Origin: a virus
Taxonomy: Duplodnaviria > Caudoviricetes
Length of the DNA: 30,951 nucleotides
Virus record (IMG/VR): IMGVR_UViG_3300025018_000407
Span: 1 to 30,951 of that record
Strand: one strand, 5' to 3'
Below are positions 1 to 7,879 of this stretch, one piece after another. The notes below the pieces were generated by a model, which saw nothing but the letters and a program-made list of their open reading frames with translations, had not been told where the DNA came from and ran no database searches. The position numbers and the translations under genes are program-made. Within the stretch, counting starts at the first letter, position 1. Every line of letters begins with the position of its first letter.

Positions 1-161
1 AAATGATATTTAAACTACTTATAATACAAGAGTTAAGTCAATTTTATAGAAAATATTAACACCCGTTAAGAAATTATTTCTTAAAATACTGAATTTATTA
101 TAGTTATAAAAATTTCAAATTCATGCATTTTTAGAGTAAAAATTGAGGTAAAATCGGTAAA

Positions 162-536
162 ATGAAAAGTAAATCACGAAAACCACAATTCCAAAAGTTT
201 TTACTTTATGTCGGAAATGGCATAATTTTTTGTCTTAGATATAATCAAATTTATCATTTTTTAGAAATTGGATTTCCGAAATTAGGTTTCGATTATGCTT
301 GTTATTTAATTGATGACTTCTTCATACCTTGTATGAAAAAAGAAAATCAGAGTGATCAAGAATTAAAAAAACGATTGAGAGCACAATGCAGAGCGGCACT
401 TGGACGAGGGAAAACAAAACGATTTTGGCTGAAATTAGAAGGAATACAAAAGAGAGAATTTAATCAAGGATTAAAGAAAATAAACAAAACAATGTTCATT
501 GAAAAAACGACAAGATTTAAAAGAATAATGCGTTAA
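162..536 (+). CDS. Hypothetical basic protein
   Basis: 124-aa ORF, GAGG upstream of ATG; no recognised motif. Confidence 0.55.
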   Translation: MKSKSRKPQFQKFLLYVGNGIIFCLRYNQIYHFLEIGFPKLGFDYACYLIDDFFIPCMKKENQSDQELKKRLRAQCRAALGRGKTKRFWLKLEGIQKREFNQGLKKINKTMFIEKTTRFKRIMR

Positions 537-577
537 AGGATAAATATTTATACTGCTTTAAATAAAGGATAAATATA

Positions 578-1339
578 ATGAAATACACCGGAAGCAAAAG
601 AAGAATTATTAAATTATTACGTCCGTATTTAGAAAAATACCGTCTGAATGCAACGCATTATATTGAATTATTTGTGGGCGGATGCAATGCAATCATAGAT
701 ACTAATATTAGTTTGCAGAGAATCGGCAACGATCATAATTTTTATTTAATCGCTTTGCTTGAAGCATTACGAAAAGGGTATAAACCGCCTATGCAATTCA
801 CCAAAGAAGAATATTTAGAGGTCAAAAAGAACCGTGAAAACTATCCTCCTGAATTAGTAGGATACATAGGTTATAGTTCGTTTAAAGCAAAATGGTTTCA
901 AGGTTTTGTTTCTAATGAATATTATTATACAAAACCTTATTTAACACAAAAAAGAAGAAATCCACAATTAGAATATTATCGGTCTGTAATGAATATGATT
1001 CCATTTATTCAAGATATAAAGTTTACAAGTTTAGATTACCGTGAAGTAATAATACCGAATAAATCCATTGTTTATTGTGATCCTCCGTATCAATTGTCTT
1101 CAAAACTTAATAATGATTATTATTATTATTATCGTGAAAAAAGTTTTGACCATAATGCTTTTTGGGACTACATGAGAGTAATCTCAAAGAATAATTTTGT
1201 TTTTATCAGCGAGTTGAATGCACCGGATGATTTTAAATGTATTTTTCAAACTGAACTGGCAAACGAGTGTATGGATAAAAGGACAGTAGATATAAAATAC
1301 AATAATGAAAAATTATTTATAATGAATTATTCCAAATAA
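578..1339 (+). CDS. DNA adenine methyltransferase (Dam/D12-class N6-adenine MTase), orphan
   Basis: N-terminal KYTGSK, motif I ELFVGG, catalytic motif IV VYCDPPY, later FISE and EKLF motifs; AAGGA SD. Confidence 0.92.
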   Translation: MKYTGSKRRIIKLLRPYLEKYRLNATHYIELFVGGCNAIIDTNISLQRIGNDHNFYLIALLEALRKGYKPPMQFTKEEYLEVKKNRENYPPELVGYIGYSSFKAKWFQGFVSNEYYYTKPYLTQKRRNPQLEYYRSVMNMIPFIQDIKFTSLDYREVIIPNKSIVYCDPPYQLSSKLNNDYYYYYREKSFDHNAFWDYMRVISKNNFVFISELNAPDDFKCIFQTELANECMDKRTVDIKYNNEKLFIMNYSK

Positions 1340-1356
1340 CTGAAAGGATAATAGAT

Positions 1357-2154
1357 ATGTTATTCCACCGTTCAAATCTTATTATTCATAAAATGGCAAA
1401 TCAAGACCCTGAGCAACAGAACACGCATTGTCTGTACTTTGCAGAAGATGGCTCAACCGTTGCCAGTAACCGTATTAGTGCAATAGCGTGCTCTCCTGTA
1501 GATAGGAGACAATATTTTCCCGATATTGGTAAGAAACCAATTGATTTGGAATATGGCACGGCGGTTCATTTGGACGTGGTTGAACAAGTCCTAAAAAATA
1601 TACCCAAAACAAAAGATTCATTTATGCAATACGCGGTAATTACAAGGATGGATAATGAGCGCATAGAACTAACCACTACCGATAAACAAAAAGAATTATC
1701 GGTAACAGGAAAAGTATTGCGTATTTCATTCCCTGATTGGAAAGCGCTGTTTCGTATTTCGTTTGATTATGTAAAAACATTTTTTAATAATTGTTCATCA
1801 CTGCTCACGCGAAAGCAGATTGACGAAAACGAAAATTATGGACGAATAGCCGTAAATCGGAAAATGCTGATTCAATTATTACAAACTATTGATGATGCCT
1901 GTGGAAATCAAAATGAAGATTTAATTTACATTGAGTTTTCAAGCGATAAGAATCCTTTATTACTACGGGCACAAAACAGGATAACCGGACAAAAAGTAAT
2001 CTCTATTATCCGTCCGGTATTTCTTGCGGAACAATGGATGAAATATGATGAATGGGAATCCTCTGTATTTAATTTACTGAATACTGAAAATGAAAAAAAT
2101 ACTGAAAATTCAATACCGTTAAAGAAAAAAATACCGTTAAAGAGAAAGGAATAA
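1357..2154 (+). CDS. DNA polymerase III beta-clamp-like protein (short, two-domain)
   Basis: DGSTVASN resembles vATDG; FPDWKALF resembles FPDYxxV; IAVNRKML...IEFSSDKNPLLL...IIRPV resembles the clamp C-terminal domain; visual alignment only. Confidence 0.6.
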   Translation: MLFHRSNLIIHKMANQDPEQQNTHCLYFAEDGSTVASNRISAIACSPVDRRQYFPDIGKKPIDLEYGTAVHLDVVEQVLKNIPKTKDSFMQYAVITRMDNERIELTTTDKQKELSVTGKVLRISFPDWKALFRISFDYVKTFFNNCSSLLTRKQIDENENYGRIAVNRKMLIQLLQTIDDACGNQNEDLIYIEFSSDKNPLLLRAQNRITGQKVISIIRPVFLAEQWMKYDEWESSVFNLLNTENEKNTENSIPLKKKIPLKRKE

Positions 2155-2156
2155 TA

Positions 2157-2546
2157 ATGGAATTTACAAAACCAACTGATTTTTTATGGTGTATTGTTGC
2201 AGTATTGTTTATAGTAATAATACTGAATGAATGTAAAAGGAGTAATACTGAAATGACAAATAAAACCTGGACAACTCATAACGGAAAAGAAATTGAAATT
2301 AACAGAATGTCAGCCAGATACATTGATAATATTTTAAATATGCTGACTGAATTAAAAGATAAGCAGGAATTAAGTGCACTGCAAAAATTCAATAAAGACT
2401 ATTTAAATATTGATTTCGATTTGCAGAATGTGCTGGATGCAATTGAAAATTTTATTGATATCTTTGAATGTGAATTAAAAGTAAGAGACGCCGATAAAGA
2501 CAATTGGAATGCCGGTCTTAAATCGTTAAAAAGGAGTATTAAATAA
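2157..2546 (+). CDS. Hypothetical phage protein; hydrophobic N-terminus, alternative start at 2253
   Basis: ORF; internal AAGGAG then in-frame ATG at 2253; WTTHNGKEIEINRM resembles a recurrent phage W-x-T-x-x-G motif. Confidence 0.7.
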   Translation: MEFTKPTDFLWCIVAVLFIVIILNECKRSNTEMTNKTWTTHNGKEIEINRMSARYIDNILNMLTELKDKQELSALQKFNKDYLNIDFDLQNVLDAIENFIDIFECELKVRDADKDNWNAGLKSLKRSIK

Positions 2547-3061
2547 TGATAGATAAAAGTATAATATATTATTTTCAAACATTAACAAAAGAGAAACTAA
2601 TAAGACAAAAACGGTGGAATGTCATTTCATATTGTTGCATTGAAATTAAAAATACAATAAAGGAATTTGAATATTTTAAATATGAGTGTGAACACTGGAT
2701 TAATCAATTTGAATTACATGACAATTATATCAAAATATTATTTACCACTCAAGTGGATACAAATGCTTCATACGGCGGAAATTGGCAATCAACAACATCA
2801 TATCTAGCCTTATCGGAATCATGCGTTTTAAATGCGGACGAAGTTACATTTTCTATTTTTGATTATATTGAAAGTATTGAATACTCCGCTTTTCACGAAG
2901 TTTGCCATTTATTATTTTCTGATTTTTGTAATCATATTGAAACTCACCGCTATTTGAATTTGGATATTGTAGAATGCTCTGAACATAAATTGATAAATAA
3001 ATTATGGAATTTGCATAAAAACCGTGAAGGGTCTATCAGTAAATTATTAAAAGGATTATAA
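2546..3061 (+). CDS. Hypothetical protein with HExxH zinc-metallopeptidase-like motif
   Basis: AFHEVCHLL plus downstream Glu; TAATG coupling to the upstream gene; AAGGAG SD. Confidence 0.6.
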   Translation: MIDKSIIYYFQTLTKEKLIRQKRWNVISYCCIEIKNTIKEFEYFKYECEHWINQFELHDNYIKILFTTQVDTNASYGGNWQSTTSYLALSESCVLNADEVTFSIFDYIESIEYSAFHEVCHLLFSDFCNHIETHRYLNLDIVECSEHKLINKLWNLHKNREGSISKLLKGL

Positions 3062-3096
3062 ACAAATCTAAGGAATTGAAAAAGGAGAAACAGATA

Positions 3097-3444
3097 ATGA
3101 ATAAAATTAAAGTTGGTTCGGAAGTGGTTATATTTAATCGAAATGGTTTTTCTATTGAAAGAATTACAGGAGAAACAAAATTACATTGGATAGTTAATAA
3201 AAATAAATATAAAAAGTCAAATGGCGGTTATATTCATAATGATTTCTGGTCAAATATACATATTGACTTTAATGCAGATGTTGCCGTGTATAAAGAAAAA
3301 CAAAAAAGGATAAATAAAATAAGATTCATTACTTTTAATTTACATAATCACAATATGGTTTCAAAAATGTCTAACGATCATTTAGATGAAATAATCAATA
3401 TAATTAAAAATTATAAAATAGAGAAACCGGAGGATGTGAAATGA
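3097..3444 (+). CDS. Hypothetical phage protein
   Basis: ORF track starts at TTG 3076; in-frame ATG 3097 follows AAGGAG and is the likelier start. Confidence 0.7.
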   Translation: MNKIKVGSEVVIFNRNGFSIERITGETKLHWIVNKNKYKKSNGGYIHNDFWSNIHIDFNADVAVYKEKQKRINKIRFITFNLHNHNMVSKMSNDHLDEIINIIKNYKIEKPEDVK

Positions 3445-3535
3445 AAACATATTTTTATAAAACATGAATTACCGCTTGAAATCAATGCGTTTGCAGAATT
3501 ACGGGAATTTATTTTAGAACATGGAGATTAAAACA

Positions 3536-4024
3536 ATGGATAAATCACTACTCACATCATTATTAGGTACTCAGCATCAAGAATGTTTAGATCAATTGTT
3601 GTCTGCTGATGATTTGTTAATTAACAAAATGTGTGCATTGCTCATTATGAAATGGAATCTATTTTCAACTGAATTTCACTGGCAAAATAGATATTACACC
3701 GGAAATTTACCTGAAGATTTATCTAAAATGAAAGTAACTCATTTTATGGATAGTTATAATCCGTGTAAAAATGAGAGTCAATTTTCAGAATTGTTAAATG
3801 AAGTATTAGAAAAATATCAAACCGGATTAACATTAGAAATTTTAATACGCAGGAAACAAAAAGAATTTACGATTAACCCTTTTTATTCTCAAACGGCTGA
3901 AAATTTAGGTTTGAAAAAATTAAGTGATTATCCGGTTTTAAAAAGTCATAATAACCGAGCCGGATGTGTATTATTATTGTATTATGTTATTCAAAAATAT
4001 TTTGAGAATGTACATGTATCTTAA
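3536..4024 (+). CDS. Hypothetical protein
   Basis: ORF 3521-4024; GGAG at 3523-3526 favours the in-frame ATG at 3536. Confidence 0.7.
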   Translation: MDKSLLTSLLGTQHQECLDQLLSADDLLINKMCALLIMKWNLFSTEFHWQNRYYTGNLPEDLSKMKVTHFMDSYNPCKNESQFSELLNEVLEKYQTGLTLEILIRRKQKEFTINPFYSQTAENLGLKKLSDYPVLKSHNNRAGCVLLLYYVIQKYFENVHVS

Positions 4025-4051
4025 TTTTTTATTTTAATTTGGAGGACAAAC

Positions 4052-4255
4052 ATGTTGAAATACACGGTTAAGAAGAATGGTAAAATCATTGATAAAGGGC
4101 AATCTAATTTAAAAACAAAATTAGAACTTTATCATAGTCTACAGGAACAATTTTGGTATCGTAGTTCTTTTATAGAATCACCGGATTTTTTGTATTCAAT
4201 CGGCACAATGCAAAACGATATTTACTTAATTGAAATAGAGGAGATAAGAATATGA
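4052..4255 (+). CDS. Small hypothetical protein
   Basis: 67 aa, GGAGG SD, ATGA overlap with the next gene. Confidence 0.75.
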   Translation: MLKYTVKKNGKIIDKGQSNLKTKLELYHSLQEQFWYRSSFIESPDFLYSIGTMQNDIYLIEIEEIRI

Positions 4256-4452
4256 AATACTTTATAGATTTGAGAATACAGTCAAAAGAATTCTTAGACA
4301 ATTTAAGTAATGAGTCCATTCATACCGTGATAGATTATCTTTTGGAGTATAAAAAGGATTTTCTAATCAAAAAACTCATGACCTTAGTTGAGGGTAAATA
4401 TGCCGATATTTTAGAAATTTGTCTAAAAGAAGAAGATAAGGAGGAGGAATAA
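4252..4452 (+). CDS. Small hypothetical acidic protein
   Basis: 66 aa, GAGGAG SD, ATGA overlap. Confidence 0.75.
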   Translation: MKYFIDLRIQSKEFLDNLSNESIHTVIDYLLEYKKDFLIKKLMTLVEGKYADILEICLKEEDKEEE

Positions 4453-4512
4453 TATAGTTTGGATTGGAAATGAAAAATATTCGTGATTTAAACTATTGAA
4501 AGGACAATTAAA

Positions 4513-4764
4513 ATGAGAATGAAAAGCGGTGTATATGCGGTTACGAATACGATTATTCAATCTCTTGCAGAGCACAAGAGGGACCCTTTATTTATTGACG
4601 GAATTAAATGGATAGTGCATTTAAACAGTATACCGATTTCAGATGCGGGACAAATTAAAGCACAACAGGTTATATCCATGTTTAAAAGGCTGGATGATTA
4701 TGCTAAACCGGATGAATTATTAAATGAAATTCAAAAGAAAATAGAGGAGTTATTTGATGATTAG
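4513..4764 (+). CDS. Small hypothetical protein
   Basis: 83 aa, AAGGA SD. Confidence 0.7.
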   Translation: MRMKSGVYAVTNTIIQSLAEHKRDPLFIDGIKWIVHLNSIPISDAGQIKAQQVISMFKRLDDYAKPDELLNEIQKKIEELFDD

Positions 4765-4800
4765 AACGTATCCTATTTTATTAGAGGAGGAGTTAAGAGC

Positions 4801-5295
4801 ATGAATCAAATTACAAAAAAGAATTTTGTAGAAAGAATAGAAACTATGATTGACTCTCCGCATTTAATTATTTCAGAGAGTCAATTTTACGGAATGCACA
4901 AGGAAGAAATATTATTGAATTGTGCATTATTATCCGTTAATCGTATACGCGGGGGTACGGTATTTTTAGTCATAAAAGATCAAGGTGATTTGCAGAGAAT
5001 TGTTGACTTGATTTTGCAAAAGAAAACAGTGGTTCCTTTGTTAAAATTTGAGGGGTTTAATGGGAAATCAAATATATATGCCTGTATCACTTTTGAAAAC
5101 AACACAAGGTTATACGTGTTTCACTTACTAAAATGTAAGGAAATTGAATGGTTTTATCAAAAGAATTTTATTGATTGTCTTGTATATCAACGTATTGATT
5201 TTTTGAAAAAACAAAATGAATATAATCTTTTGATGGAACGGTTAAAAAGTAATAATTTACAATACCATGTTAATCAAATTGAATTAACTGAATAA
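4801..5295 (+). CDS. Hypothetical protein, possibly a degenerate terminase-type ATPase N-domain
   Basis: 164 aa, strong GAGGAGG SD; strand/helix pattern resembles terminase ATPase domains but Walker motifs are not intact. Confidence 0.6.
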   Translation: MNQITKKNFVERIETMIDSPHLIISESQFYGMHKEEILLNCALLSVNRIRGGTVFLVIKDQGDLQRIVDLILQKKTVVPLLKFEGFNGKSNIYACITFENNTRLYVFHLLKCKEIEWFYQKNFIDCLVYQRIDFLKKQNEYNLLMERLKSNNLQYHVNQIELTE

Positions 5296-5310
5296 CGTAA
5301 TTATCTAATA

Positions 5311-5359
5311 AATAATAAAAAAAAGGTACAGTTACAGTTTGTACCTTTTTTTTATTATT
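5311..5359. terminator. Rho-independent, potentially bidirectional terminator ending the early cluster
   Basis: Perfect 20-bp inverted repeat AATAATAAAAAAAAGGTACA (5311-5330) / TGTACCTTTTTTTTATTATT (5340-5359), 9-nt loop, A8 and T8 tracts. Confidence 0.9.
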
Positions 5360-5404
5360 GTAGAAATGACACCCAAAAATAATATTCGTTGAAACAACTA
5401 AATC

Positions 5405-5432
5405 TTGACAATAATAAATAAGTGATTAAATT
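5405..5432 (+). promoter_or_regulatory. Putative sigma70-type promoter for the morphogenesis operon
   Basis: Exact TTGACA at 5405-5410, 16-nt spacer, TAAATT at 5427-5432; lies between the terminator and terS. Confidence 0.55.
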
Positions 5433-5472
5433 TTAAAAAAGGATAAAAACATAGAAAATATCGGGCAGAATA

Positions 5473-6015
5473 ATGGACAGTAAGAAGCCGTCTAAAACAA
5501 ATACAAAAAAAGTTGGATTGGTTAGTAAACATGTAACTAAGAAGAATCGCCAACTAAGAAAAAAAATAAAAGACAATACCTTAACAGTCGGTTCTTACTT
5601 ATCTGCTTTGGAAAAACGTAAGTTTTTAGAATTATTTTCTGAAATGCCCGTGCGTGGTACATGTTGTAAAAAACTAGGAATCGGCACGGTAAGATTAGAG
5701 CAAGAAGAATTAAACGATGCCGACTTTGCGCTTGCTATTAAACATGCAAAAGAACAAGGCATAGACACGATAGAAGCAGAGGCGATTCGACGTGCGCGTG
5801 ATGGTTTTGACGAACCTGTTTTTTATAATGGTGAACAATGCGGAACCAAGCGCCGATATTCAGATACACTAACTACGCTATTATTAAAAGGCAACCGCAA
5901 AAAATATAGAAATATTGATGCAACTAATAATAGTGAAGCAGGAGATCAAGTAACCAGAATGTCAATTGCGGAATTGGCGAAATTGGCATCACAACGTGAA
6001 AGACGCGGTACATAA
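5473..6015 (+). CDS. terS: Terminase small subunit
   Basis: EAEAIRRARDGFDEPVFYNG...YSDTLTTLLLK motif typical of a small-terminase family; HTH-like N-region; directly upstream of terL. Confidence 0.85.
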   Translation: MDSKKPSKTNTKKVGLVSKHVTKKNRQLRKKIKDNTLTVGSYLSALEKRKFLELFSEMPVRGTCCKKLGIGTVRLEQEELNDADFALAIKHAKEQGIDTIEAEAIRRARDGFDEPVFYNGEQCGTKRRYSDTLTTLLLKGNRKKYRNIDATNNSEAGDQVTRMSIAELAKLASQRERRGT

Positions 6016-6092
6016 CTAAGAAAAAAAAATATTGTAATTGATTGTAAGAAAATTGTAGAGAAAGAAACCATGAATTTTATATAGGAAAAATA

Positions 6093-7799
6093 ATGACCAA
6101 ATTCTGTGTACAAGATTTATTATTGGAATCGGTTATCCGTGAAAAGAATATTTCAGATGCTGATTTATTTTGGCATTATCAAAATGATGATGATGGTTGG
6201 AACCGTTTTATATTTGAAATATTACAATGCGATTTAGATAATGAACAAGAACAAATAGTACACAGTATACAGCACAACAAAAGAACAACCGTTAAATCCG
6301 GTCATGCTCGTGGAAAAGATTATACCGGAGCGGCGGTGTGTTTAACACATTGTTTATTATATAATCCAAGTAAAACTATAGTTACCGCACCTACACAGCG
6401 GCAAGTTTATTCAATCAATATGTCCGAAATAGAAACAATATATAATCATGCCGAAACAATATTAAATCAAAGCGGTAATACATTAGGAGCTAATATTATG
6501 CGCTCCAAAATTACGTTTGATGATGAGCCCAATCATTTTCTGGAAGCATTTAAAGCAGCCGATAAATCAACGGAATCTTGGACAGGTTATCATAGTCAAA
6601 ATATTTTATTATTAATTACCGAAGCCAGTGGTATAGAAAATCAAACTTATGAGGCGGTGGAAGGTTTATTAACCGGTACTTCACGCCTGGTATTATTAGG
6701 AAATCCAAACTTACAAACCGGAGAATATTTCCGGTCATTCCGTGATCCTCAATATTCCGCTTTAACTTTGGATTGTTTATTCGCCCCAAATGTAAGAAAT
6801 AAATTCACCGGTAAAGACAGCAATAATCCTAAGTATATTAAAGGTCAAGTAGATTGGGAATACGTAAATGACCGTGTGCATAAACCAGGTTGGACGCAAG
6901 TAATAAACGAAAAAGAATTCGGCAAAGACCCGGATGATTTTGTGTGGGAATCACCAAAAGAAATTGAAGTAATTGAAAAAGGCAAAACGAAAACCGTTAC
7001 AAAATTGGTAAAAGAATATAGACGTCCAAATGATTTATTCTTAATTAAAATACGCGGTAAGTTTGGACGCGAAAGTAATGAAAAATTAGTGCCATTATCA
7101 TGGTTGGAATTAGCACAAGAGCGCTGGAAAGAACGTTCGTCCCTTTATGACTGGGCTGATAATGATTTATTCTTAGGAGCCGATATTGCCGGTATGGGTA
7201 TTGATCTGGAAGTACACATGCCAAGATTTGGTAATTACGTTGAAAAGCCTAGAGTATTTGCAGAAAGTGACGCGGTAAAATCAACAGGCAGGCTTATTAC
7301 TTACGCGAAATTACAAGAGCGTTCTTACTTTGCTATCTTTGTGGACAGTATCGGCGAGGGTGCAGGTACTTATGCTAATTTAAAACAATATCGTAATGAT
7401 GAAATATTAGATGGGTGTGCAGTTAATTATGATATTGTATGCTGTAAAGGAAGTAATAGGGATAGAATTTCAGGACTGACAGATTTAACAGGTGTGCATA
7501 AATTCTTTAATGCTCGGTCTTATTGTTATTGGGCTCTCAGAGAAAACTTAGACCCGAAATTAGGGGGGTTATTAGCATTGCCTCCTTGTGAGGAATTGAT
7601 TGAAGATATCCATGCACACAGTATAGTCCCCAGAAGTGATGGACTCATTCAAATCTTACAAAAAGAAAAAGTAAAAGAGAGTTTAAAACGTTCACCGGAT
7701 TACTCGGACCCGTTAGCGTATTCTTACTTCCCGTATAAGCGCGATTTATCACATTTAATCAATGATACCAAGCCTTTTAAAGGCGTAGGAGTATTTTAA
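6093..7799 (+). CDS. terL: Terminase large subunit
   Basis: Walker A KSGHARGKD, TAPT, Walker B variant LLITEASG, GNP motif, RNase H-like nuclease GADIAGMGID ... SPDYSD. Confidence 0.95.
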   Translation: MTKFCVQDLLLESVIREKNISDADLFWHYQNDDDGWNRFIFEILQCDLDNEQEQIVHSIQHNKRTTVKSGHARGKDYTGAAVCLTHCLLYNPSKTIVTAPTQRQVYSINMSEIETIYNHAETILNQSGNTLGANIMRSKITFDDEPNHFLEAFKAADKSTESWTGYHSQNILLLITEASGIENQTYEAVEGLLTGTSRLVLLGNPNLQTGEYFRSFRDPQYSALTLDCLFAPNVRNKFTGKDSNNPKYIKGQVDWEYVNDRVHKPGWTQVINEKEFGKDPDDFVWESPKEIEVIEKGKTKTVTKLVKEYRRPNDLFLIKIRGKFGRESNEKLVPLSWLELAQERWKERSSLYDWADNDLFLGADIAGMGIDLEVHMPRFGNYVEKPRVFAESDAVKSTGRLITYAKLQERSYFAIFVDSIGEGAGTYANLKQYRNDEILDGCAVNYDIVCCKGSNRDRISGLTDLTGVHKFFNARSYCYWALRENLDPKLGGLLALPPCEELIEDIHAHSIVPRSDGLIQILQKEKVKESLKRSPDYSDPLAYSYFPYKRDLSHLINDTKPFKGVGVF

Positions 7800-7879
7800 T
7801 ATGAAATTTATATTAACGATTTTCATTTTGAATTATTGATGGATATAAACTTTCATTATTTATAGTTTAGGAATAAGAA

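Noticed and set aside
12-41. Possible leftward promoter TTGACT-18-TAGTTT on the minus strand
   Set aside because: Weak -10, AT-rich background, and the target gene would lie outside the window
1118-1132. (TAT)5 microsatellite in the methyltransferase as a phase-variation switch
   Set aside because: Triplet unit keeps the frame and the tract is short
6030-6058. ATTGTA repeated three times between terS and terL as a pac or terminase-binding site
   Set aside because: Short AT-rich hexamer with irregular spacing; not distinguishable from chance
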